DNA of 63,757 bases, filler included, from an uncultured bacterium (lineage in GTDB: Bacteria > Latescibacterota > UBA2968), in NCBI GenBank assembly GCA_964471275.1. It is 7 parts of 7 records of this genome, joined end to end, with 100 filler letters (N's around TTAATTAATTAA, not from the genome) between each part and the next. Parts side by side here need not be neighbours in the genome. Positions count along the whole stretch, not along the records: positions 38,540 to 47,952 come from CAYYGZ010000185.1; positions 48,053 to 57,451 come from CAYYGZ010000186.1; 5 more parts are not named here. One strand, written 5' to 3'. Each line of letters starts with the position of its first letter. Position 1 is the first letter of the stretch. The position numbers and the translations under genes were made by a program. This document shows positions 39,173-49,106 of the stretch, one piece after another. The notes beneath the pieces are model-generated. The model was not told the origin of the DNA. It was given only the letters and a program-made list of their open reading frames with translations, and did not search any database.

Positions 39173-41638
39173 TCACATCCCGATCAGGTAGCTCCACTTC
39201 AGCAGCACGCTTCTGCTCGTGCGCTGAAGACTTCCCTCCGTCCCGAAGCCATTGTCGAAGACGAGAAAGACGTCGCTCCCAGACCGATACCGCCAGTTGA
39301 GCAGGAAATTCGTCCCGACAGACTGACGATCGCTGTTCCATTGGGCGAACAGCTTGACGAAGAAATCAGTCGTAAATGAATACAGGATTCGACTGCTCAT
39401 TGTCGTGATGTTCACATTCCGTTGCGGTAGGCGAAGCCAGTTACTGTTCAGATCTGTCTCAATCGACAATCGTCCCGTCGGCTGATAGACGGCCTCAGAC
39501 CGAATCGCAAAACGCCGTCCTGTGTAGAAGCTCCCCGCCTGGAAGAACACGCGTGGGCGGAATTTCCGTGACCGGCTCGGTGAGGGCCCGAACGTAAAGG
39601 TCGTGAAATCATAGGTTCCAACCGGCACAGATACTTCATCCTCATACTTCCTGGAGGGTTCAAACGCTTCATCCACGACGTCGTGGGTATGCGCGAGTTC
39701 CATCCGCCACCAGTCACCTGTGTTGAAGTTCGTCCAGCAGCTCAACTCCGCAGACCAGAACTTTACGTTGTTGTCACGATCGGTCACCACCTGGAGCTCC
39801 GGCCCGATCGACACATACCGGATGCCCACGTTATTCTCGGGTCGAGGACGCACCCTTGTCTGCGCGTCATACTGTCTGAACCCGTCAAGATCACCCCGTC
39901 GGTTCACAAAGCCTACCGCCGGCTGAAACCGCTCCTCCACATCGAGCACACGAAAACGTGCGGATGTGACCGTGCCCGAGTAGCTGGCCGAGACATAGCG
40001 TGCATCGTCTGCGTCATCGAGCTCCGAATCCCAGGTTCGGGCGTAAAACCCTTGAAAACTCAGAGCTTCTGACGCAGAGAGGCTGAAGTCCACTCCCAGA
40101 GACCGATTGAAGGGCGACCACCCGTCCACCGGATCATTGACCTGCTTGTTCACCAGCATCACGCCCACGTTTGACCGTGCCAGCACATCACGGCGCAGGC
40201 GCACGACAGAATAGTTGGTCTGGTGGACGGTCGTCGTGTCGTCGTCGGCTTCGTCGATGACGGTCACGTCGTCTGTCAGCACGTTAAGCGCTCCGATGCT
40301 CGTTCGCCCTTCCTTCCCTGCGACCTTGGTCCCCAGGATGATCGGTACCTTTGCGCCCTCTTCCAGACCAATCCGGCGGGAATAGAACAGGAGCGTCGGG
40401 GGACGGCTGCCGCCTCCCGTACGCTCCGCTGCCTGCCCGAAGTTGAAGAGGTTTGCGCCCTCCAGAAAGAATTCGCGCTTTTCCGGGAAGAACAGTCGGA
40501 ATTGAGTCAGGTTGACCTGCTCCTGGTCACCCTCTACCTGCGCGAAATCTGTGTTGTAGGAAAGATCGAACGAGATGTTGGGTGTAACGCCATAGCGCAG
40601 ATCGATACCCGTTTCGAGAACGCCCTTCTCCGAAGCTCCGGCAGTCTCGAAATCGCGCGAGGTTCCCGGCAGGAGGTATGGCTTGATCTGGTACGACCGC
40701 CTGGAGCCCGTCACGCTCAAACCTTGCAGCTCGCCGATGTCGGATGTCCAGTATCTTGCGCGGGTCGAGGAGCTTCGGCGGCCTACGACGAACTGGGACT
40801 CCTCGTTTATCGACGCGATGTTCCGGGCCATATTGATCCCCCAGACCATCTGCTCGCCAGGCTTGAACCGGAGCTGGTTGAAGGGAATCGCGACCTCCAC
40901 GGTCCATTTGTCGTCATAGCGCTGCGTACGGCATTCCCAGTTGCAGTCCCAATCGTCGTTGTAACTTCGCCCCTCGTTCGACAGCATCATATCCCGCTGA
41001 GCACCCAGCGGATTGATGAAGAAGAAGAACCCGGTCTGCCTGTCGTTGTAGGTGTCCAAGAGCAGTTGTACGTTGTCGTCGCCCCAAATCTCTGAGTCAC
41101 GACGCATATTATTCGCGATGATCACCGTGCGATCGGAGGTAAAGCACTCGAACGAGAAGTAGATCTGGTTGTCGTCATACACGATCCGGACGACTGTCCG
41201 CTCGGTACTCGGCATCCAGTAGTCGGGATCACGCTGAATGAACCCATCTACCGGGATGGCATCAGACCAGGCGACATCGTCGAGCCGCCCATCGATCATC
41301 GGCCCTTCCGCAACCCGGGTCGCGATTGCCTGCCGTCTCGTCTTCCCGATCATCGCTCCCTTCTTCAGAGTGATCAACCGGTCATCTTCGCTGAGGGTCA
41401 GGCGATGGTCGAGCTTCCGCGCAACAACCATATCATTTATGTGTTTGATGACCTCCAGCGCTGCCTCGGCAGAGCCGGCCGCAGCCAGTTGAGAACCTTC
41501 CGGCGCGGACCCGTTCAGACCGCTTATGTAGACAAGATCGCCGGAGACGAGCCGAACTTTGCCCACTTCTTCCGCTATCACTGTGTCAGGGAATAGAATA
41601 CAGAAGAGAGTCAGGAGTAATGCTTTATGTAAGTGCAT
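39173..41638 (-). CDS. CBM9-like sugar-binding domain plus DUF5916 outer-membrane protein
   Basis: Signal peptide; P.IDG.LDD..W, W.VE.AIPF.QLRF, N.DFAQVE.D, LFFPEKREFFLEG, FYSRRIG; beta-barrel-like C-terminus. Confidence 0.85.
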   Translation of the reverse strand: MHLHKALLLTLFCILFPDTVIAEEVGKVRLVSGDLVYISGLNGSAPEGSQLAAAGSAEAALEVIKHINDMVVARKLDHRLTLSEDDRLITLKKGAMIGKTRRQAIATRVAEGPMIDGRLDDVAWSDAIPVDGFIQRDPDYWMPSTERTVVRIVYDDNQIYFSFECFTSDRTVIIANNMRRDSEIWGDDNVQLLLDTYNDRQTGFFFFINPLGAQRDMMLSNEGRSYNDDWDCNWECRTQRYDDKWTVEVAIPFNQLRFKPGEQMVWGINMARNIASINEESQFVVGRRSSSTRARYWTSDIGELQGLSVTGSRRSYQIKPYLLPGTSRDFETAGASEKGVLETGIDLRYGVTPNISFDLSYNTDFAQVEGDQEQVNLTQFRLFFPEKREFFLEGANLFNFGQAAERTGGGSRPPTLLFYSRRIGLEEGAKVPIILGTKVAGKEGRTSIGALNVLTDDVTVIDEADDDTTTVHQTNYSVVRLRRDVLARSNVGVMLVNKQVNDPVDGWSPFNRSLGVDFSLSASEALSFQGFYARTWDSELDDADDARYVSASYSGTVTSARFRVLDVEERFQPAVGFVNRRGDLDGFRQYDAQTRVRPRPENNVGIRYVSIGPELQVVTDRDNNVKFWSAELSCWTNFNTGDWWRMELAHTHDVVDEAFEPSRKYEDEVSVPVGTYDFTTFTFGPSPSRSRKFRPRVFFQAGSFYTGRRFAIRSEAVYQPTGRLSIETDLNSNWLRLPQRNVNITTMSSRILYSFTTDFFVKLFAQWNSDRQSVGTNFLLNWRYRSGSDVFLVFDNGFGTEGSLQRTSRSVLLKWSYLIGM

Positions 41639-41677
41639 ACTTACTAAGGTAGTGTGGGGTCTGGTGCAGGACAAGCG

Positions 41678-42697
41678 CTACAAACCCGATCGCTCGAGTA
41701 TACCCATCAGGACGGGCTCGATCGTGGACCTGAGCCGCTGGTTGGCATAGCCAACCCAGGCCACGGGCGACGTCGTGTCCAGCAAGGCATCCAGGGGATT
41801 CCCGTCAGGTCGCGTGATATAGAGCCCCATTTCACGCGCGATCAGCTCCGTGCACACGTCGTATGGATGGCAACAGATCCCCATCTCCTGACCTCGTGCT
41901 GCCAACACAGACTCGAGGTTCGGACGCAAATCTGCGTTAAACCGATCGTGACCGACCATCAACTCGTAAAACTGACCCCCCGTGCATATATACTGGTCCT
42001 CGAACAGCCTGGCCTTCCCCGGCTGGATCGGCCCGATCAGTGCCTCCACGAGCTCCTCCTCGATCCTGGCCAGAATGTCCTTCCCGCCCTGAAAGAAGCG
42101 GGACAGCATCGCGAACCCGTGTTCGATCGTCTCGGACCGGGACGGCCTGAGCTGGATCGGGGACTCGGTCTCGCGGATAACGTCGTAGCCGAACGCGTGT
42201 GCGCCCTGTCCGCGAATCGCTGATAGGACATCTGCTCGATACTGCTTTGTCGTAGGGATCTCGGTCTGCACCGCCGCGAAAATATCCTGGAGGTTCGTCG
42301 ATTCGCCACGATTCTCTGCCACGCCAGTAAGCACCCAGGCGCTACGCTTGTCGTACATCAGACCGCGTGTTCCATCGATCGGGTCGACGATCACCCGAAA
42401 GCGTGCCGAGTCGGGATCAAGTCCGGCCGGAAAGACTTCCCCGCCCTCCTCGAGTCCCTCACCGACCAGAACAATCGAGGTGTCGGTGAACGCCTTGGTA
42501 AACAGCTCGCGGAGCAGATCCTCACTGACGCGATCGATCGCATAGATCGTGTCGCCCCCTGTTTCTGCAGCCACAGCGCTCAGCTCTTCCGTCGATTGCT
42601 CGGCAATCGTCCTCCGGACAGCATCGCGAATGCGAGCCTGAATCGAGATGACCCGAGTGATGATCTCTTCAGCTGTGGGATTCTCAATGTTCATCAT
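41678..42697 (-). CDS. Inositol monophosphatase / FIG superfamily protein
   Basis: DTIYAIDRVSE, VGEG, IVDPIDGT, HPYD. Confidence 0.8.
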   Translation of the reverse strand: MMNIENPTAEEIITRVISIQARIRDAVRRTIAEQSTEELSAVAAETGGDTIYAIDRVSEDLLRELFTKAFTDTSIVLVGEGLEEGGEVFPAGLDPDSARFRVIVDPIDGTRGLMYDKRSAWVLTGVAENRGESTNLQDIFAAVQTEIPTTKQYRADVLSAIRGQGAHAFGYDVIRETESPIQLRPSRSETIEHGFAMLSRFFQGGKDILARIEEELVEALIGPIQPGKARLFEDQYICTGGQFYELMVGHDRFNADLRPNLESVLAARGQEMGICCHPYDVCTELIAREMGLYITRPDGNPLDALLDTTSPVAWVGYANQRLRSTIEPVLMGILERSGL

Positions 42698-42774
42698 TAA
42701 CCTGTCAGAAATAGATGTGGGCGACCCACCGATAGTAGGTCGCCCCTTGGGCGAATTCAAGCCTGTGCATAACG

Positions 42775-43237
42775 TTACTGCAAAACACACTGAATAATGC
42801 TGACGTCAAAGCAGACACCAGATGAGATCGTCTCGTTGACCGTCTCTGCAATTTCCCACCTGAGCATCGAGATGCTCCCCCTCCGTATGTCCTCAATCGT
42901 TTTGGTGCCAAGCAATAAGAGAACTGCATCTGTCACCTGGGTGAGTTCCTGATCGATCACCAGGGTCGTCTGCTCCCCGTCCAGGTACATATCAAATTCG
43001 ATCAGAATAACACGCAGACCTGCCGTTCCGGCCGGGTTTGAAACCACAGTGATCGGCTTGCCATACATCAACCCTGGGCACCGGGTCATCAAACTCTACG
43101 GGTGCCGGCTGGCTGTTTTCGACACTGCCCTCTTCAGATGGCGCAGAGAAAGTCCCACTGATAACGGCATAGACGATCCCCTCGCCAACTAGCGCCAAGA
43201 CGATCAACGGCCAGGATCTCTTGATAAACGGGAGCAC
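42775..43237 (-). pseudogene. fliL: Frameshifted flagellar basal body FliL-like gene
   Basis: TM anchor in one frame; VSNPAGTAGLR...QVTDAVLLLLGTKTIEDI...LRWEIAETVN...V..V.I..CVLQ in another; frameshift near 43080. Confidence 0.65.
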
Positions 43238-43673
43238 GATACACCAGCGCAGACCCCGAGAGGAGCACGGGAAAGGGTCGAAGGGGATCACCAGAACGGT
43301 ACCCGATCCCCTTGCACGGCTCAACTCCACGGCAAAATCGAACCCGGGCACAAGCCTGCACTGCTTTGCCCTCTACACGAGTCTTCTTGGCGTTGAGTTC
43401 GCCAGAAATCGAGTCAGCTTCCCCTTCGGATGCGGCCACCGATTTCCTTGAGCCGGCATATACCTAAACAGCAATCGATTCCTGTCAAGACAGGAAAAGG
43501 CTTGCCATGTCGAAGGGCACACCTGTCAAGGTGAGCACACTTGTCGGTCACCCTTCGATAAGACGTGTACAATCCCTGCGTATCAGGGAACACCGAATCC
43601 ATTTCTGCCACGACGGCACTCCCACCTTCGCATAAGCTTCGGCGGACAAGCAGGGCGAACGGTGATCCGCTCG

Positions 43674-44456
43674 CTAGACGTCGCACACCTGATAGGCAGC
43701 CCTCAAGGCTTCGATCGGGTCTCCCTTCGGCGTAAACTCGTGTCCTACATAGAGATTATAACCTGTCTCTGCTATGGCTTCCACCACAGCGGAGTAGTTG
43801 ATTTCCTGATCTTGATCAAGATCGTGTCGCCCAGGAACACCCGCCGTATGGTAGTGACCAATGTGCTCTGAGTATTCGCATATGCTACTTATTAGGTTGC
43901 CCTCCATAATCTGCATATGGTAGATGTCGTAGAGCAGTTTCACACGCGGAGAACCGACGCATTCACACACCTGCACTCCCCACTCCGTGCGATCACACTG
44001 GTAGTCGGGGTGATTCACCTTGCTGTTCAGCAGCTCGATGTTCAGGTTGATTCCCTTGTCCTCTGCCGCCCCCTTTACGCGATTCAGGCCCTCCGAACAG
44101 ATGTCGATCCCCACTTCGTCGCTCAGTCCGTCCCGGTTCCCACTGAAGCAGATCAGTCCCGGGATGCCGAAGTCTGCGGCAAGCTCTATACTCTCCAAGA
44201 GCTCCTGTTCGATCCGATCGTGATTCTCTCGCTTGTTCAGGCCATCCGGCAGGGAGTCGTGCCCCATCATACTCGGGATCACCAGCCCGTATTGCTTCGC
44301 CAGATCGACAATTTCGTCGAAAGGCGCGTTTGCCCTCGCCCACAGCTCGATTCCCGCATACCCGATCTGTGCAGCCTCCTCGATCAATCTCTCCAGCGCC
44401 AGATCTCCCCCACGCATAAAGCACGGATAGCAGAACGATTGGTTGATCTTGCCCAT
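43674..44456 (-). CDS. Hydroxypyruvate isomerase family TIM-barrel protein
   Basis: LICFSGNR, IELLNSKVNHPDYQCD, LLYDIYHMQIMEG, HYHTAGVPGRH, GHEF; AGGAGG RBS. Confidence 0.88.
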   Translation of the reverse strand: MGKINQSFCYPCFMRGGDLALERLIEEAAQIGYAGIELWARANAPFDEIVDLAKQYGLVIPSMMGHDSLPDGLNKRENHDRIEQELLESIELAADFGIPGLICFSGNRDGLSDEVGIDICSEGLNRVKGAAEDKGINLNIELLNSKVNHPDYQCDRTEWGVQVCECVGSPRVKLLYDIYHMQIMEGNLISSICEYSEHIGHYHTAGVPGRHDLDQDQEINYSAVVEAIAETGYNLYVGHEFTPKGDPIEALRAAYQVCDV

Positions 44457-44512
44457 CCTCATCCTCCTTACACTGTAGTGTGGCGATCCCCTATCTACGG
44501 GAACGTCAACTT

Positions 44513-45827
44513 CTAGATCGAATACGTACGCATCGATCGCGCCGTGTGTCGTTGTCTGTATTCTCTGAAAACCACAGGCCTCTCCCCAATGACCGCTTCT
44601 ACCCGTTTTTGGAGCAGCCTCAAGACATCTTCAGGCACGCACTCCAGGGGCCTCAACTCCTCCGGGTCCGCTTCCAGATCATATACTATGGGAGGCGCCG
44701 CATCCGTCACTTTCACGTGTGCACTCCACCTGTCATCACGCACATTGGCATAGGCCCCCCATCCGGTCACGATGTGATCCCGGTCGTTCGTGCCCGTCTC
44801 AGCAGCCTTCCAGACATCCTTGCCGTCACCGGGATCACGGTCCACACCGAGCATCCCAAGAACAGTTGCGAACACATCCTCGCTCTGCGCCCACGTGTCG
44901 GTGTGTCTGCCCCGAGGTCCGTCGGGATGGCGAATCATCCAGTTCATCTGCGTGTTGAACGGGAACAGATCCTGTGCTCCCTTCCCGAACTTACCCCGGT
45001 CCATCAGTTGCGTCCCGTGATCAGACAGGAACATCACCACGGTATCGTCAGCCACACCCGTCCGGTCGACCGAATCCAGCAGATGTCCGATCCACCTGTC
45101 CACAAAGGTCACGTACCCATAATAGAGTGCTTTGGTCCGCTCGATCTCTGCCTCGCTCGGCTCGAAATCTCTGAGTACGGAATGATGAATGTAGTCCTTA
45201 ACCCCGTCATCCCTGAAGTACGCGTCTACATAGTGGCGGGGCGGATCCCACATCTCGTGAGGGCTGAAACTGTCTACCCAGAGAAAGAAGGGAGTGTTGG
45301 CGGCATTGTCCTCCACCCACTGAGCCGCGGAGCGAAACGTGGACGCAGCCAGGTAATTCTCCTCGCCTTCCTGCCGATCGAGCATGTTCAGGAGATACTG
45401 GATGNNNNNNNNNNTGATACCCATCATTCTCCTGGCCTCTGATGAACCGCCACGACAGGAATCCACGCGTGAAATTCATCGTTGGCTTAAACATATGGTA
45501 GACGTCAGCAACCAGGCCCGTCGCATACCCTTCATCGTGAAGGATTTCCGCAAGGGTGTCCAACTCGTGCGAGATCGGATGCCATCCCGCGCCAGCCGGT
45601 TGCAGTCCCTCATTCTCCGTCTCAAATCGCCAAGGGAACGATCTCTTCCCTGTGAACACGCATCGTCTCAGTGGAATCGTCGGCAGCCCTTCTGCGTAAC
45701 ACCTGCCGAACACCACACTCTCACTGGCAAATCGATCCAGATTCGGAGTTTTCACAAAGCTCAGCTTCTCCCCCTCTCCCACCAGATCCGCACGGAACGT
45801 ATCACAGCAGATTACGATGACATTCAT
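44513..45827 (-). CDS. Sulfatase-family hydrolase (spans a 10-N assembly gap at 45405-45414)
   Basis: NVIVICCDTFRAD, TPNLDRFA, PTIPLRRCVFTG, PFFLWVDSFSPHE.WDPP, DRWIG, SDHG, YDL..DPEE. Confidence 0.85.
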
Positions 45828-46453
45828 AACACACCTTTGCGTTTAGACGAGAAGCCGCGCGTGCGTTACCAGGCAGGACGCCGCTGGTAGGTAAGTCCGG
45901 ATGCAGCCGCAAGACGATCATCAGAGATCGGTGGAGCCTCACGCACTCACATCCTCACTATCGCGGCCAATCGTTCTCGTGGCAAATGACATTCCAGGCG
46001 CCGCAGGCCAGCATCTACAGATTCAGAAGGGCTATATAGTTCAGATTCGTTTCAACCGGATATTCCGCCGCATCGGATCAAGGCCTTTACCTGCGCGTAT
46101 GTGTTTGTACGATTAGCGCCCGGTCAACTCTGTTTCGGATTCCGAGAGGTCATCACGGCGCAGCCCACGATTGTCCGTCCTGCCCTGGGGCTTGCCCCGC
46201 AAGCTACCGACGGTCTCCCCTTTCCTGGTCTGCGACAGATTCTGATGTGAAACAGTGTCATCAGAAGCCTGTAGAGAATGCAGCAATCCCCGAGATAACT
46301 ATGGGCGAGTTCTCGACTGGCGCTCAAGTTGACGCTGCACATTCGTGCCCGAACGCAGCAATACACCGTGAGACCTCACGACCACATCTCCGGTACCCGC
46401 CCTGTGGCTCGATTCGTCTTTCCCTCCGTATTTATGCCTTTGACCCAAAAAAG

Positions 46454-46482
46454 TTGACACAAAACCCGAGTTTTGGTTTAAT
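46454..46482 (+). promoter_or_regulatory. Sigma70-type promoter of the asd leader
   Basis: TTGACA-17-TTTAAT with TG extended -10, about 11 nt before the riboswitch P1. Confidence 0.7.
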
Positions 46483-46493
46483 CTCTTTAAGTG

Positions 46494-46610
46494 CAAGGGT
46501 AGAGGCGCGTTTGCCGAAGTTGCGTTCTCACTGCCGGAGAATGCTCCTGGGCCAGCGAGATAACATCTCCTGGACTGTCACAGTCACAAGGACTGTGGAG
46601 CGCTCTCTTG
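46494..46610 (+). ncRNA. Lysine riboswitch (L-box) aptamer, compact variant lacking the P2 arm
   Basis: Ordered core AGAGGCGC...GCCGAAG-P3-CUGGG-P4-ACUGUC-P5-GGAGCGCU closed by P1; upstream of asd. Confidence 0.85.
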
Positions 46611-46635
46611 TGGTCGCTCAATTTGACGATCCCAT

Positions 46636-46675
46636 CCGACGATGCCCTGCCCTGGCAACGTCGGTATTTTTATTT
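46636..46675 (+). terminator. Intrinsic terminator (riboswitch expression platform)
   Basis: CCGACG-A-TGCC-7-GGCA-A-CGTCGG hairpin followed by TATTTTTATTT, between the aptamer and the asd RBS. Confidence 0.75.
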
Positions 46676-46723
46676 GAGCCTGACCCAAACCTCTACGGAT
46701 CGGCTCGAGAAGGAGTATGCGTT

Positions 46724-47806
46724 ATGAGCAAGCTGCAAGTAGGTGTATTGGGGGCAACCGGAATGGTGGGACAGCGGTTCATCGCCCTTCTGGCTGATCA
46801 CCCGTGGTTCGAACCCGTCGTAGTTGCTGCGAGCCCGCGTTCCGCAGGTAAGACCTATCGCGAGGCCGTCGAAGGCAGGTGGCCGCACGAGGGTGAGATC
46901 CCGGCGAACGTGTCAGACCTGGCCGTTCGCCAGGTATCCGACTTCGATGCGATCGCAGAGAACGTCGACTTCGTCGTGTCGGCGCTGGATATGGAGAAAG
47001 ACGAGATCCGTGAGCTCGAAGACGGCTATGCTTTGCGGGAAACGCCCGTCGTCTCCAACAACTCAGCGCACCGCTGGACACCGGATGTCCCGATGATCAT
47101 CCCGGAGATCAATCCGGATCACGCGGACATCATTCCGGCGCAGCAGAAGCGTCTCGGTACGTCACGTGGCTTCATCTCCGTCAAGCCGAACTGCTCGATC
47201 CAACCGTATGTCCCGGCCTTCCAGGCCCTGTGGGACTTCGGACCGACGCGGTCCTCCGTCTGCACGTATCAGGCGATCTCGGGCGCAGGCAAGACGTTCG
47301 AATCCTGGCCGGAAATGGTGGACAACGTGATTCCCTATATCGGCGGCGAAGAAGAGAAGAGTATGGAGGAACCGCTCAAGATCTGGGGTCACATCGAGAA
47401 CGGCGCAATCGTGAAAGCCGATTCGCCCACCATCTCAGCCCAGTGTATCCGTGTTCCGGCCACGGACGGTCATATGGCTGCCACCTCCGTCTCGTTCGAG
47501 AAGAAACCTCCTCGAGATGAGATCATCGCCCGATGGAACAGCTTCCAGGGCAGCAGGAAGGCCGAAGGTCTGCCATCAGCTCCGAACCCGTTCGTGGCGT
47601 ATCGCGAGGAAGACGACCGTCCACAGACACGGCTCGATCGCGACTTTGGGAACGGGATGGGTATCACCATCGGCCGTTTGAGAGACGACAACATCTTCGA
47701 TTACAAGTTCGTCGCCCTCAGCCACAACACCGTTCGTGGCGCAGCCGGTGGTGCCGTCCTGATGGCCGAACTGCTGAAAGCCCAGGGATACTTGATGGCC
47801 AAGTAA
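46724..47806 (+). CDS. asd: Aspartate-semialdehyde dehydrogenase
   Basis: GATGMVGQ, PEINPDH, PNCS, QAISGAG, NVIPYI.GEEEK, RVP..DGH, HNTVRGAAG; AAGGAG RBS. Confidence 0.96.
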   Translation: MSKLQVGVLGATGMVGQRFIALLADHPWFEPVVVAASPRSAGKTYREAVEGRWPHEGEIPANVSDLAVRQVSDFDAIAENVDFVVSALDMEKDEIRELEDGYALRETPVVSNNSAHRWTPDVPMIIPEINPDHADIIPAQQKRLGTSRGFISVKPNCSIQPYVPAFQALWDFGPTRSSVCTYQAISGAGKTFESWPEMVDNVIPYIGGEEEKSMEEPLKIWGHIENGAIVKADSPTISAQCIRVPATDGHMAATSVSFEKKPPRDEIIARWNSFQGSRKAEGLPSAPNPFVAYREEDDRPQTRLDRDFGNGMGITIGRLRDDNIFDYKFVALSHNTVRGAAGGAVLMAELLKAQGYLMAK

Positions 47807-47952
47807 GGAGATGAAAATCGTTCACGCTGTGTGTCACCGGCCCGAGCGATTGTGTCGGCAGTAACGGTAAAGATATCCGAATGAAGAATACCCCTAACTC
47901 CGGTTGGGGGCATTCGCATTTCTGGCTACTCCTGCAGGCATAGCAAAACAGT

Positions 47953-48052
47953 NNNNNNNNNNNNNNNNNNNNNNNNNNNNNNNNNNNNNNNNNNNNTTAA
48001 TTAATTAANNNNNNNNNNNNNNNNNNNNNNNNNNNNNNNNNNNNNNNNNNNN
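47953..48052. other. Artificial contig linker
   Basis: 44 N + TTAATTAATTAA + 44 N. Confidence 0.99.
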
Positions 48053-49091
48053 CGAGGCTATAGTGTGGTCCGATCACGTGACAGCGTGTGCTCGACAATG
48101 ACACACCGCGATCGTGGATTTCCATTTCATCTGGCTTGTGGCGGGCAAGATTCTGCGTCTCCGCGGGCACCACGTAATCGAACAGCGTCAGGTTTGTGAA
48201 TGAGACGGTTGTGTCGTTTGTGACAACCGGGCAGGGCGTGCCGAATTTGATGTGCGCGTGGTAAGCGGCGTAGCCAGTCCCTTCGATTGCGTCGCCCTGG
48301 TAGGCGCGGGAGGGCGCACCGCCGAGAAAACCGTTTGGCATGAGGTTGAGCGCAAGCTGGTTGTTGATCAGGTCCATCGTACGGCCCAGGCGATGCTTGA
48401 AAGTCGGGTCGGTCGTGTAGTGCCAGGCCGCCTCCATACCCGAAAGTGTCACCGGGGTGTATGTGGGACTGTTGAATTCGTGAAAGCCGTCCTGTGACGT
48501 TCCCTCGAGCCACTGAGCGAAGTCGGCCATGGCTTCTGCGTGTATGGAATCGTCATCGAGCACGCACGACAGCGCGACAAGGCCGCCAAGGTTCAGGAAG
48601 TAGATGTTCGTGTACTGCCAGCGAACCTTGTGACTTCGGATACCGAGCAGGATGCTCGGGAAGGCCCGTTCGAGAGCAGCCTTTGTTTCTGGCTCAAGCT
48701 TGGGTGCAAGCGTCAGGTAGGCGTAGACCAGGCCGATCGTCAGGAAGGAAACCGCATTCTGGTCCTTTATCCGATCCCAGTGTGTCATCCAGAAGAAGTT
48801 GCCGAAGGTCTCGGATCCCTCTCGGAGGTCCTGAAGCCCGAGTATGCGACGGATGATCCGGTTTCCCTCGATCGCATCGTCGATCCCGTAGGTCCGGTCG
48901 TCCGATTGCAGGAGAAGGAGCGCGTAGGGGAGGGATTCCTGCGCCGCCACGTAACCCGTGAACCTGGGAAAGAATTCCGAAAACGTTCGAAGCAGGGCTT
49001 CAGGTGGATCGTATCGCGTGTCTCCTGCGTAGCGAAGTCGCTCTTGTAGGATCATGGAACGCTGTCTCTGGGCTTGCAGTGAGGCGTTCAT
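48053..49091 (-). CDS. Hypothetical protein (alpha-toroid, heparinase II/III-like N-terminus possible), 3' truncated
   Basis: Long helical ORF with DQNAVSF, YTNI and GFHEFNSPTY motifs; GAGG RBS. Confidence 0.6.
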
Positions 49092-49106
49092 GGCACGGCT
49101 GGCCTC

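Noticed and set aside
43479..43530. TTCCTGTC-AA-GACAGGAA palindrome and repeated CCTGTCAAG
   Set aside because: Could be operator or -35 elements, but I could not pair them with a convincing -10 or a regulator.
45405..45414. Apparent split or frameshift of the sulfatase-like gene
   Set aside because: It coincides with a 10-N scaffold gap of unknown true length.
46247..46723. 159-aa N-terminal extension of Asd in the ORF track
   Set aside because: The region holds a promoter, riboswitch and terminator; the real start is ATG 46724 with an AAGGAG RBS.
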